Shown here: piece by piece, positions 48,610 to 57,567 of the stretch
Layout: the number at the start of each line of letters is the position of its first letter
How positions within the stretch are numbered: the stretch's first letter is position 1
Notes under the pieces: generated by a model
What the model was told of the DNA's origin: nothing
What the model saw: only the letters and a program-made list of their open reading frames with translations
Database searches by the model: none
Made by a program: the position numbers and the translations under genes
Origin: Acidobacteriota bacterium
GTDB lineage: Bacteria; Acidobacteriota; UBA6911; RPQK01; JAJDTT01
Assembly (NCBI GenBank): GCA_965209055.1
Contig: OZ242374.1
Coordinates: 5,408,001-5,472,000, forward strand
Reading direction: 5' to 3'
Length of the DNA stretch: 64,000 nucleotides

Positions 48610-50448
48610 TTACGCTCTTGAGGTCGAAAGCCGCACCTGAAGCAACTCTACAGGCACCGATGGGTCACCTTGCTGAGCTGGTTCCACGCTCAACTCAAGA
48701 GAATTCGGTCCTTTTCTGATCAGATTCCCGGGCAACTGCAGGCCGATCCACGACTCCTGACTACGTCCTGATCTTTCGACCCCCGGCGGGAAGCCGCTTT
48801 GGAGATCCATCCACTCCCGGCCGTGTTCGGAAGACGCTTCGGAAACGGCAGTACCGTTGAGGGTCCACCTGACGCGCCGCTGATCCACATCTCCCTTCCA
48901 CTGGATGAGAAGGATGGCTTGGTCTATCGAATTGGGAGCATCCGAGACATTCAGCGTAAACTCCACACCTGCCACCCCGCTGACCGTGGTGAGTGCACGG
49001 GGAATTTGAGCAGGATAGCAGGCATCGGCCAGAGCTCCCTGCCCAGGCCGAACCGGAAAATCGGGGTCAACCTGGTACAGCTTGTTTCCGTGAGCCAGCT
49101 CGGCGGGCTCTGCCAGCCTCGGCACTGTGCCGAAATCCTCCGGATCAGTGGGTCCGTGATGAGTGTGCCAGTCATAGAGGTAAATGCCATCGACTCCTTC
49201 TTGCCAGAAACGGTGGGCGGCGGCACGGACCGCGTCATAGTTGGAAGGGTCGTCGTTGGTGATGGCCGGGTCCCGGACATCGAACTTGGGCCGGCCGGTT
49301 CGGAACAAGGGATGAATGCGGTCCAGGCAACCGTAAACGGGGACCTCGTGCCGTTGTCCCAATTCAACCCATTCCTTCATGGGAATGGAGAAGGGCATCA
49401 ATCCCGAACCGGCCATCAACAAGTCGACCCATCCCTGCTCCGTCCAGGTTTCCGGATCCAGTCCTACCGCAAGACACAGCTCCATGCTGTCCGGAACACG
49501 CACGGCAAGGAGAATCGGCCGGCCCTTCTGCTGAGCGAAATGATCGAGCCGCCGGCGCACCTGGTGAACGAAATCGTTCATGATGGGAATGTTTCGCCGC
49601 TGCTCGCCCAGCTTGAAAAACATGGGCATCCGGATCCAGTCCAGTTCGACTCCGTCGACGTCATAGCGCTGGCAGATGCCTTCGACGACTTCCAGAAAAT
49701 GGGCCCGGGTTCCCTCCAATGCGTAATTGTAGGCAGGCCACGACCAGAGATCCCGGGACGCCAATCCCCTTCGGTCCAGCACGTCCTTGAGGGGATTCTC
49801 CGCGACGACTTGGCGTCTCAGCTCGGACTCTGAGGGAAGTACATTGGAGGGTGTTTTTCCCTGCTGTGCCCTCTGTTCCTCCAACCGGATGAATTTCATG
49901 ACCCAGGGCAGATATTTTTTTTCCCAATGTTCCTGCGAGATGTAACCGAGCAGCAACTCCGGGTGCTGGAGCCGAAACGGCACCCAGTACCCTCGATTGG
50001 GAGGGAAGTAGGCGGCATGCGTATCATTCATTCGAATGGAATAGAAGAACTCCATCCCGTTACGACGAGCGAAGTCGACGACGTGTTTGACCGGGTTGGG
50101 CGCCAGGACGGCAATCTTCTCGGTGGGAAACTCCCAATCAGGTTCGTTCGTGTGGCCATTGTAAAAGATGGAGTTCACCTGAGTTCCTTCCAGGTACTTC
50201 ATGGTGTAACTCAAGTATTGATCCACCGACCGGACCGGTGCCGGGAACGTTCCCCGCCCACGGGCAGTACTCTGGATGTCACTACCATCGTTGTTCCACA
50301 CCAGCCGACGATTACGGCGGCGAGCCGCAAGGCGGTCTCTTGGAATCGATCGTGACCTCACTGCAGGACCTGCACTCTCCTGACTGCAAGCCGTAGCCAG
50401 TGCAGAAACCGTTGCCAACTCTTTCAAAAAGACTCTTCGATTCTCCAA
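48610..50448 (-). CDS. GHL10-like glycoside hydrolase, Tat lipoprotein-like, paralog 4
   Basis: TTG start after GGAGG; NRRVFLK followed by LATAC; WNNDGSD, SIRMNDTH, YDVDGVELDW. Confidence 0.8.
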   Translation of the reverse strand: MENRRVFLKELATVSALATACSQESAGPAVRSRSIPRDRLAARRRNRRLVWNNDGSDIQSTARGRGTFPAPVRSVDQYLSYTMKYLEGTQVNSIFYNGHTNEPDWEFPTEKIAVLAPNPVKHVVDFARRNGMEFFYSIRMNDTHAAYFPPNRGYWVPFRLQHPELLLGYISQEHWEKKYLPWVMKFIRLEEQRAQQGKTPSNVLPSESELRRQVVAENPLKDVLDRRGLASRDLWSWPAYNYALEGTRAHFLEVVEGICQRYDVDGVELDWIRMPMFFKLGEQRRNIPIMNDFVHQVRRRLDHFAQQKGRPILLAVRVPDSMELCLAVGLDPETWTEQGWVDLLMAGSGLMPFSIPMKEWVELGQRHEVPVYGCLDRIHPLFRTGRPKFDVRDPAITNDDPSNYDAVRAAAHRFWQEGVDGIYLYDWHTHHGPTDPEDFGTVPRLAEPAELAHGNKLYQVDPDFPVRPGQGALADACYPAQIPRALTTVSGVAGVEFTLNVSDAPNSIDQAILLIQWKGDVDQRRVRWTLNGTAVSEASSEHGREWMDLQSGFPPGVERSGRSQESWIGLQLPGNLIRKGPNSLELSVEPAQQGDPSVPVELLQVRLSTSRA

Positions 50449-51150
50449 TTCGTTCCTCCTCTGAAGGTCCTAACTGTCATGCACCTCAAGATCGTGAAAA
50501 TCTGTCCTCGATTCCCCACTTTCTCGCTACGATCATTCCTACGGCGCAGGCTCCTAGACCCGCTCGATCTTGACTTCCAATAAATAAATTCGGCTGCGCT
50601 CGCCGGAATTGGGAGGAACCGGCTCCCAGCCGAACGGAGTCCGGTCATAAACTATAAAAACCCGGTTAGGAGAGACCTCGATCAGATCGATGTACGCCGA
50701 TGTCTGTTTTGCATTCATCTGAAAGGAACTTGGAACCGTTCGATTATGATGAGCCATGAGGTCGACGGATTCCCACTTCCGGCCACGGGAATCTCCGGAA
50801 ATCCACAAAAAGAGTCCCGGCCGACCCGTTACGAGCGCCAAAGCACCATTGGCCAACCGAAGCAGTTGGGGCGCGACACTGAAAGCCGGCAGCCGGTCCA
50901 CCTGAGACCAGTTCTTTCCCCCGTCACCGCTGTAGGCGCGCGCCAACTTCTGATCTTTACCGGTACCGACTCGGCTCACACACATCAGGTCCCCGTCAGC
51001 CAGTTGCACGAGGCAGGGCTCATCGAAGCCCTCCTTGGCATCGGGTACGGAGTCGGGTCCAGCGATTGTGGACAGATAGCGCCAGTGACGTGGAGTTGAC
51101 CCGCTTTCGTGGACACATCCAAAGTAAGGAAGTGAAAGGAGGAGTCCACG

Positions 51151-51465
51151 ATGGCAAGAAAGCAGCGGCGGTACCCGCCGGAGTTCCGCCAGGAGATCGT
51201 GGCGCTGGTGCGCTCGGGGCGATCGCCCGAGGCGCTGGCGCGGGAGTTCGAGCCCTCGGCGTCGGCGATCCGCAAGTGGGTCAAGCAGGCCGATCTGGAC
51301 GAGGGGCACCGTAACGACGGGTTGACGACGTTCGAGCGCCAGGAGTTGCGCCAGGCGCGGCGCGAGATCAAGCGGCTGCGGATGGAGCGGGACATCTTAA
51401 AAAAAGCCGCGGCTTGGTTCGCCCGGGAGAGCGACTCGATCCCCGAAAAGGATTCAAATTCGTGA
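51151..51465 (+). CDS. IS3 transposase OrfA (HTH)
   Basis: RRYPPEFR, IRKWVKQ, LRMERDILKKAAAWF; slippery A7G at 51399-51406. Confidence 0.92.
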   Translation: MARKQRRYPPEFRQEIVALVRSGRSPEALAREFEPSASAIRKWVKQADLDEGHRNDGLTTFERQELRQARREIKRLRMERDILKKAAAWFARESDSIPEKDSNS

Positions 51466-52331
51466 AGGCGTACCGAGCCCGGTTTCCGATCCGGGTGATG
51501 TGCCGCGTTCTGGGTCTCTCCCCCAGCGGGTACTACGCTTGGCTGAAGCGGCCCCCTTCGAAGCGGGCTCGCCGGGACCAGACGCTTCGGGAAACGATCG
51601 TGTGGATCTGGAACCAGAACCGGAGAGTGTACGGTCGGCCTCGTCTGCATACCGAGCTGAGAGCTCGAGGGGAACGGACGAGCCCGAAGCGCGTAGGTCG
51701 ATTGATGAAGGAAGCCGGGATCCAGGGGGCGAGCCGGAGGCGCCGCAAGGCCGGGCTCACCCGGAGGGACCGGAAGGCGCGCCCGGCACCGGACCTGGTG
51801 AACCGGAACTTCGCGGTTGAGGGACCGGATCAACTCTGGGTCGCGGACCTCACCTATGTCCGCACAAAGGCGGGCTGGTTGTACGTGGCCGTGGTTCTGG
51901 ACGCTTGGAGCCGCCGGATCGTGGGGTGGGCAATGGCGACCCATCTGCGATCCGAACTGGTGGAGAAGGCGCTCGCCATGGCGGTGATCCAGCGCCAGCC
52001 CAAGCAGGTGATCCACCACTCGGACCAGGGAACGCAGTACACCTCGGCTGCCTTCGGCAAACGATGCCGGGAGGCGGGAGTGCGGCCGTCGATGGGCTCC
52101 GTCGGGGACGCCTACGACAACGCGATGTGCGAGAGCTTCTTCGCGACGCTGGAGTGCGAGTTGCTGGATCGTCACCGGTTCCGGAACCCGAGCGAGGCAA
52201 GGCGGGCCGTGTTCGACTTTATTGAGGGATTCTACAACCGGCGGCGCCGGCACTCGGCGCTGGGCTACGAGTCACCGGTCCACTACGAGCAGCAGGCGGC
52301 GGCGGACCAACGCCGTCTTCGAGCTGCCTGA
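51414..52331 (+). CDS. IS3 transposase OrfB (DDE), probably joined to OrfA by a -1 frameshift
   Basis: YGRPR, WVADLTY, HHSDQGTQY, YDNAMCESFF, YNRRRRHSALGY. Confidence 0.93.
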   Translation: MVRPGERLDPRKGFKFVKAYRARFPIRVMCRVLGLSPSGYYAWLKRPPSKRARRDQTLRETIVWIWNQNRRVYGRPRLHTELRARGERTSPKRVGRLMKEAGIQGASRRRRKAGLTRRDRKARPAPDLVNRNFAVEGPDQLWVADLTYVRTKAGWLYVAVVLDAWSRRIVGWAMATHLRSELVEKALAMAVIQRQPKQVIHHSDQGTQYTSAAFGKRCREAGVRPSMGSVGDAYDNAMCESFFATLECELLDRHRFRNPSEARRAVFDFIEGFYNRRRRHSALGYESPVHYEQQAAADQRRLRAA

Positions 52332-53613
52332 GAACGACGCCGGCACGGCCACCGTCGCACCCAGCGTCGCGCGCGACACGATTGAAGGGGGCAGGGGGGC
52401 GCTGCCCCCCTGAGACCCCCGGATGCAAAGAGACATAAAAAACTCTTAAATCCCTGGGAAGAGAGACCGAGGCCCCCTCGTTAAGCGGTATCCCATTGTG
52501 GAAAATCAGAGATTTCCCACAACGTGAGCCCTTTTGCTGACCCGTCCATAGGTCGCCCCTCACACGAAAGAAAGAGCGCTCTGTCCGTTGTCAATGGCCA
52601 AAACCCTGACATCCTCGATGGCCATTGACCGTCGTCGGGGGGAAGTCTTGCTCCCCACCGACAGAAGGAGTATTAAACCTAAGGACAACGTAGACCGCAC
52701 CAATAAACCGTCCACGAAAACGGGACACCCTCAGACGCCCTCCATCGTTCGAGGCCACTGCGACGGTGCCCCACCGAGCGTCACCCTCGAACCGCACTGA
52801 GATCGTAGCGACGAATTGGTCCAGTTCCAGAATATCGCTGAACCAGTTAATTCGGGCCCACCAAGTGCGGCTCTCCCGGGGCCAGGGTTCGACATCACGC
52901 GGCAGTCCTTCCACCACAGCTCCCCACGGCTCCACCATATAGCGCTTCCCTCCCCGATCGTATGTCCATCGGTGTGCGGAGAAGCGGCGGGACTGTCCGG
53001 CGGGATCCGGTTTCAAGTAGGTCGACGTGCCGATGATCCGGCCATCGAGCAGACTGATCCTGGGCTCGCCGCAGCCGTTGTGAAATCCATTCACATCGTA
53101 AGCAAAATCAAAGTTCAGCCCCTCGTCGGTGGAAACGTAAACCGCCTGAGTGTTGGTGAGATTGGTATTGACATCCGCGTTCAAGGAATGATTGAGCATC
53201 AACTCACCAGTCGAAAACTTCTCCAGGCCCGGATACCAGCAGTGTCCGGACGCTGTTTCGGCCACTACCCGAGGTTTACCCAGCCGCAGTAGGAAGTCTC
53301 TCATCTGGATCTCCTCTCGCACCGTGGTGAAGCTCCTGGTTGAGGTCGCAGACAGCCCCGCGACGCCAACGGCTGCCAGATGCCTCGATCCAACCTGAAT
53401 GAATTCGCGCCGGCTGGACTGTTCTTCCAGGTTACTCCGATATCGGTCCTTCCTTGTAGAGTCCACCGTTCCCTCCCTTACGAAAATACGAACTATTCGA
53501 AAGCTCGTTGGTCATTTCGAATCAACTGGCGTGGAATCTGATTCTTGGCCCCAAATTGGTGGCCAACTCCTGAAACAGCCGCAGCCGAGGCTCTCACTCG
53601 GAGTCCCTTCCGG

Positions 53614-54720
53614 TCAGCGAAGCCGGAAGTGGCAGTAACGGCTACCGTGGATGTCCTTCTCGTGACACCAGAACCCAACGAAAAAAGACCCGTCAGAAAA
53701 GGTCGCAATCCTGGGCTCTCCGAAGGCAAAGTCGGCCCAGTACATGGCCTCCGTATCCTGATCCTCCTCCCGGAAACCGGCGACTGCCTTCCAGAGGATT
53801 TCTTCGAACTCGAGATGAAAACCCTTTTCGTCGGGACGGGCGGTGGCAAACCCAACACCGGGAGGATTGCCGTACCGCCGGTTGAAAGCACAGGCTACCC
53901 GGCCATCTGGGAGTGCGTGAACAGCGGTCGTCTGGCCGATCAGCCCGGTGGATCGATTGGAGCAGAAGCTCTTGCCCCCGTCCCGGGAAATACTGTATTG
54001 AACAGGCAGATCTTCCCCCGCTTCCATATCACGAGCATAAGCAATGCCGAGAATTCCGCCGTCGGCCATCTCTTCCACCCACACCTCTTGGTAGGCAATT
54101 TTTCCGGAAGGATCCTCCATGAATTCGGCAAAATCGGGCCAACTCTCTCCCTGATCATGGCTTATCATGACGGCCGCTTTTCCCTGATTGGCGTTCGTGC
54201 CGGTGTGATCCAGCCAGGGCGCGAAAGGAGCCAGCCAATCTCCTTGCCGGGTGGCACAAATCACTCCGCCCACTTCGGGAGGCTCGGGATAGCACATGGG
54301 AATGGAGCAGACAGGACTCCAGCTGACACCCTGGTCATCTGAGACGGAGAAAATCAGCTCCGTGTGGGAAGCGCCGCCGGTCTTGCGGTCATAGTAAGTC
54401 TCGCCGGCAATGGGAGTGTCCCAGAGCATCCCTAATCCCAGCAACTTCCCGTTCCGGGTCCGGCTCACATTGAGCCGGCCGCTTTTCCCGGACGAATGCC
54501 AGTCCCACATCGGGCCCTGATCTTGCCAACTGCTCCCCCGATCGTCAGAGCGGAAGATCCGGCTATAACTGCGCCCGGTTCCGATCTCGAGGTGGAATCC
54601 GACGGACGCAATCAAAGTGTCGTCCGCCAAGCGGACGATCTGGCAGTGCCTGGGATAGGCTCCGTTTTCTTCCGGCTGGCTTAAGAAATAGCCCTCTGAA
54701 AATATTTCAACTCTCTTCAC
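53614..54720 (-). CDS. BNR/Asp-box sialidase-like protein without signal peptide (subgroup D)
   Basis: SDDRGSSW, SDDQGVSW, SHDQGESW, SRDGGKSF; GQT, AFGEP...FWC shared with 19633-20778; GTG after GGAGG. Confidence 0.83.
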   Translation of the reverse strand: MKRVEIFSEGYFLSQPEENGAYPRHCQIVRLADDTLIASVGFHLEIGTGRSYSRIFRSDDRGSSWQDQGPMWDWHSSGKSGRLNVSRTRNGKLLGLGMLWDTPIAGETYYDRKTGGASHTELIFSVSDDQGVSWSPVCSIPMCYPEPPEVGGVICATRQGDWLAPFAPWLDHTGTNANQGKAAVMISHDQGESWPDFAEFMEDPSGKIAYQEVWVEEMADGGILGIAYARDMEAGEDLPVQYSISRDGGKSFCSNRSTGLIGQTTAVHALPDGRVACAFNRRYGNPPGVGFATARPDEKGFHLEFEEILWKAVAGFREEDQDTEAMYWADFAFGEPRIATFSDGSFFVGFWCHEKDIHGSRYCHFRLR

Positions 54721-54891
54721 CGATCACCCTCCACGACCACGTGACAATTAAAGTCAGGAAATTGCCCGACGATCTGCGGTGGTTCCTCACGTCGCGCTCC
54801 GCGGATTCGCCCAGTCGCTTCTTGCGACCCTTTGGCGGTGGTTCAGTCGAACCACCACAGCGGCTTGCTTTCCCGAATACTTCTCTATTCT

Positions 54892-57480
54892 TCAGTGTCC
54901 CGCCACCAGGTAAGAAATCAGCACCCAGGGCAATAGGACTAAACTGCCCCACATGAGATTTGTCTTCCAGCCTTTTTCGCGCGTCGGAAGCATGCTTAAG
55001 AGCGGGCCAAAGATCAGGCCCGCCAGTAAGGAAACGACGGCAATCCATTGAAAGCTCACACCGGGCTGGCCGGTCAACACGTCCCAGAACGCGATCAGAG
55101 CGCCTGCCAAAAAACTGTAAATGGCTCCAAACGCCGCCCCAAAAGGGGTGGCAAAGGATACGAACAAGGCCAGAAAAAAGAGAATGAACAGGGGGACGAG
55201 AAAGAGGTAGTTGGTCTTGACTGCCACCTCCTGGATGTTACCGGGCACCTTGTCGATGATGGAACTGATCAAGACTACGGCTACTCCAATGCCCACAGTG
55301 AGATAGCGCGCTGTCGCCAGGTGATGTCTTTCCGTGCCCCTATTGGACCGATTGAGGAAATCGACCATGATGACCGTAGAAACAGAGTTGATCCCAGAAT
55401 CAAGACTGGACATCACGGCAGCAAACATTGCCACAATGACCAATCCGGCCAAGCCGATAGGGAGATAGTTTGCAACGTAGTGCGGAAATATATAGTCGGC
55501 ATCTTCAAGCAGACTTTGACCGTCGGGAATGAGGTGCGGATTCACACTGAAAAAGCCAAGCAGCGCAAATCCGACTAACGCCAGGACCACGGTAATGAAG
55601 ATGCCGGCCACGGAGTTGACCAGGAAAGCGCGTCGTGCCGCCGTGGCGTCCCGAGTGGCCAAATAGCGTTGAATCGCCAGTTGGTCGGAACCGGCCGTAC
55701 AGATCCAGTAGATCAGGCTGTTCAGAAAGGCGCCCACAACAGTGGCGCGTACTGCCGGGTCCAAGGAGAAAACGGGCTGAACGTCCCAGTTGGGGGCCCA
55801 GGACGTTGGAAACCAAGCATAAAAGCTGCCCAGTTCACGATTGATCAACGCAATCGTGAGAACCGCCCCCCCGAAAAGAATGAAAAACTGGGTCACGTCG
55901 GTGATCACCACGGCACGCAGGCCGCCCAGTGCCGTGTAGATCACGGTGACGAATCCAGCCACGATCACGATATAAGGGAGAGTTTCCAGAGACCAACCTA
56001 ACACCACGACCATGACTCTTCCGGTGAGGTAAATCATCAGCGCCATCCATACCAGCCGGGTGACAATGAAAATGAACGACCCCAGCAATCGGATCCGGGT
56101 TCCGAGCCGGCCTTCCAGGATCTCGTAGGCGCTGGTGACGGGCAGACGCACCAGATACGGAATCAGGCCGTAGCCGACGATGACATAGATGAGCGGGATC
56201 ATGGCCACACTGGCGAGAACTACGGGGCCATGTTTGATCATCTCCCCAGGATGAGCCAGGTAGGAAACCGTGCTGAGCAGAGTGGCGAAAAGGGATATGC
56301 CAATGGCGAAGGAATTCATGTTTCGTCCGCCGACAAAAAATTCCTCGGTACTTTTCAACTTGCGCGATAGAAACCATCCGACCCCCAATACCGCAGAGCC
56401 GTAAAAAAGCATCACGGCCCAATCCAGCCAACTTAAACCCCGATGTTGCCGGCGTTCGATACGCAAGAGGGCGTTGGCGGCGCCGACGCGCACATCGATG
56501 TCTCCGCTCCTCAACAGGGCTTCCAGCACACCCTCATCTTGCCGATCTCCCGAAGCTCCAAGGGCGCCGCACACTTCGACTTTCTGCGCCGTGTTCCCCG
56601 TTGTGAGGTATTTCAACAGCTCCTGCCGAGCCTTCGACCTCCGTTCTCCGGAGGAATGGACGAAACCGGCGCCCAGGGCATAGACTCGGCTGCGGTCCTC
56701 GGAGGATGCGCTGAACGCGACTCTTTCTAATCGAGCCAAGGTAGTGGGCTGGATCTTTTTCAGGTTACGGAGTGCGTAACTGACGTTGGCGCGCCCGTCC
56801 GAAAAATCCAGAAGCTCAGCCAGAGCCCCTTCATCGTCAGCGTCTCCTGAGTTGGCCAAGGCCCACCGGGCGAAGGCGCGAAGAGAGCCTGTTTCTTCGC
56901 TCGCGACCTGTAGGAGTTCCGCCGGCCTCTCGGAGTAGCCCAGTTTGGCCAGCGCTTCCACGGCATGCACTCGGTCAATACCTTTGACATCCAGAAAGGC
57001 ATCGCGGATCTTTCCGACATACCTTTTGGCGGCCGCTTGATCATTGCCTTGCGCTTTAGCCAGCGCTCTCCACAGCCCGATGCGATAGAAGGGGCCCGCG
57101 CTGGCCAATTCCTTTTCCAGCGCTTCCTTGACTCCCACGTAGTAGCCATTCCAGATCAGTGCCTCCGCGGCTCGCACTTTGGTCCACTGGCGGCCTTCTT
57201 CCAATGCCTGACGCAGGATGAAAACCGCCTGTTCCCGACGTTCATCCTGCTGGGTGATTGACGCTGTGGGCGCGGCACCAACCCACGCCATGGACAGGAC
57301 GAAGCTCAGCCAGCAGACCCAAAGAAGCAAGTAAACGGACGCTGTGCCGATACCTGCGGAGAAGCGCACTCCGCCATGGGACGTGGAGCTTCCTCCGTTC
57401 CTATCAGAGAGACGAGGCGGTATGAGTATACGAAATCTTGGAGTTATGTCGTGATGGCAGGGTGTTGTCGATTTGCTCAC
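54892..57480 (-). CDS. Sodium:solute symporter with an N-terminal HEAT-repeat domain
   Basis: HEAT-like helices (VRAAEAL, VHAVEALAKL, VRVGAANALL) followed by SSS motifs EEFFVGGR, SLFATLLS, YTALGGLRAVVITD, QRYL, AAVMSSLDS; start uncertain. Confidence 0.88.
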   Translation of the reverse strand: MSKSTTPCHHDITPRFRILIPPRLSDRNGGSSTSHGGVRFSAGIGTASVYLLLWVCWLSFVLSMAWVGAAPTASITQQDERREQAVFILRQALEEGRQWTKVRAAEALIWNGYYVGVKEALEKELASAGPFYRIGLWRALAKAQGNDQAAAKRYVGKIRDAFLDVKGIDRVHAVEALAKLGYSERPAELLQVASEETGSLRAFARWALANSGDADDEGALAELLDFSDGRANVSYALRNLKKIQPTTLARLERVAFSASSEDRSRVYALGAGFVHSSGERRSKARQELLKYLTTGNTAQKVEVCGALGASGDRQDEGVLEALLRSGDIDVRVGAANALLRIERRQHRGLSWLDWAVMLFYGSAVLGVGWFLSRKLKSTEEFFVGGRNMNSFAIGISLFATLLSTVSYLAHPGEMIKHGPVVLASVAMIPLIYVIVGYGLIPYLVRLPVTSAYEILEGRLGTRIRLLGSFIFIVTRLVWMALMIYLTGRVMVVVLGWSLETLPYIVIVAGFVTVIYTALGGLRAVVITDVTQFFILFGGAVLTIALINRELGSFYAWFPTSWAPNWDVQPVFSLDPAVRATVVGAFLNSLIYWICTAGSDQLAIQRYLATRDATAARRAFLVNSVAGIFITVVLALVGFALLGFFSVNPHLIPDGQSLLEDADYIFPHYVANYLPIGLAGLVIVAMFAAVMSSLDSGINSVSTVIMVDFLNRSNRGTERHHLATARYLTVGIGVAVVLISSIIDKVPGNIQEVAVKTNYLFLVPLFILFFLALFVSFATPFGAAFGAIYSFLAGALIAFWDVLTGQPGVSFQWIAVVSLLAGLIFGPLLSMLPTREKGWKTNLMWGSLVLLPWVLISYLVAGH

Positions 57481-57567
57481 ACCTCGTTTTTCTACGAAGC
57501 TGTCACCCCGCCCGCTGCAATTGGGATCTGGTCTGCAGATTCACCGGCGGCAGCGCAGCAGGCCCCA

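Larger units (their letters stand above)
51091..52733 (+). mobile_element. IS3-family insertion sequence, 1643 bp, 4-bp target duplication GACG
   Basis: TG...CA ends; IRL TGGAGTTGACCCGCTTTCGTGGAC versus reverse complement of IRR TGAGGGTGTCCCGTTTTCGTGGAC; GACG at 51087-51090 and 52734-52737. Confidence 0.95.
50554..53466 (-). pseudogene. Tat-exported BNR sialidase-like gene (subgroup A) interrupted by IS3
   Basis: Removing 51091-52733 and one GACG copy restores the in-frame Asp-box SNDGGRHWRY; N-terminal half has SRREFI, C-terminal half has GRPG and TSAY...VYDR. Confidence 0.9.

Noticed and set aside
50554-53466. ORFs 50554-51309, 50985-52253 and 52591-53466 as independent genes
   Set aside because: The first and last are halves of one BNR gene reading into IS sequence; the middle one is antisense to the IS3 transposase
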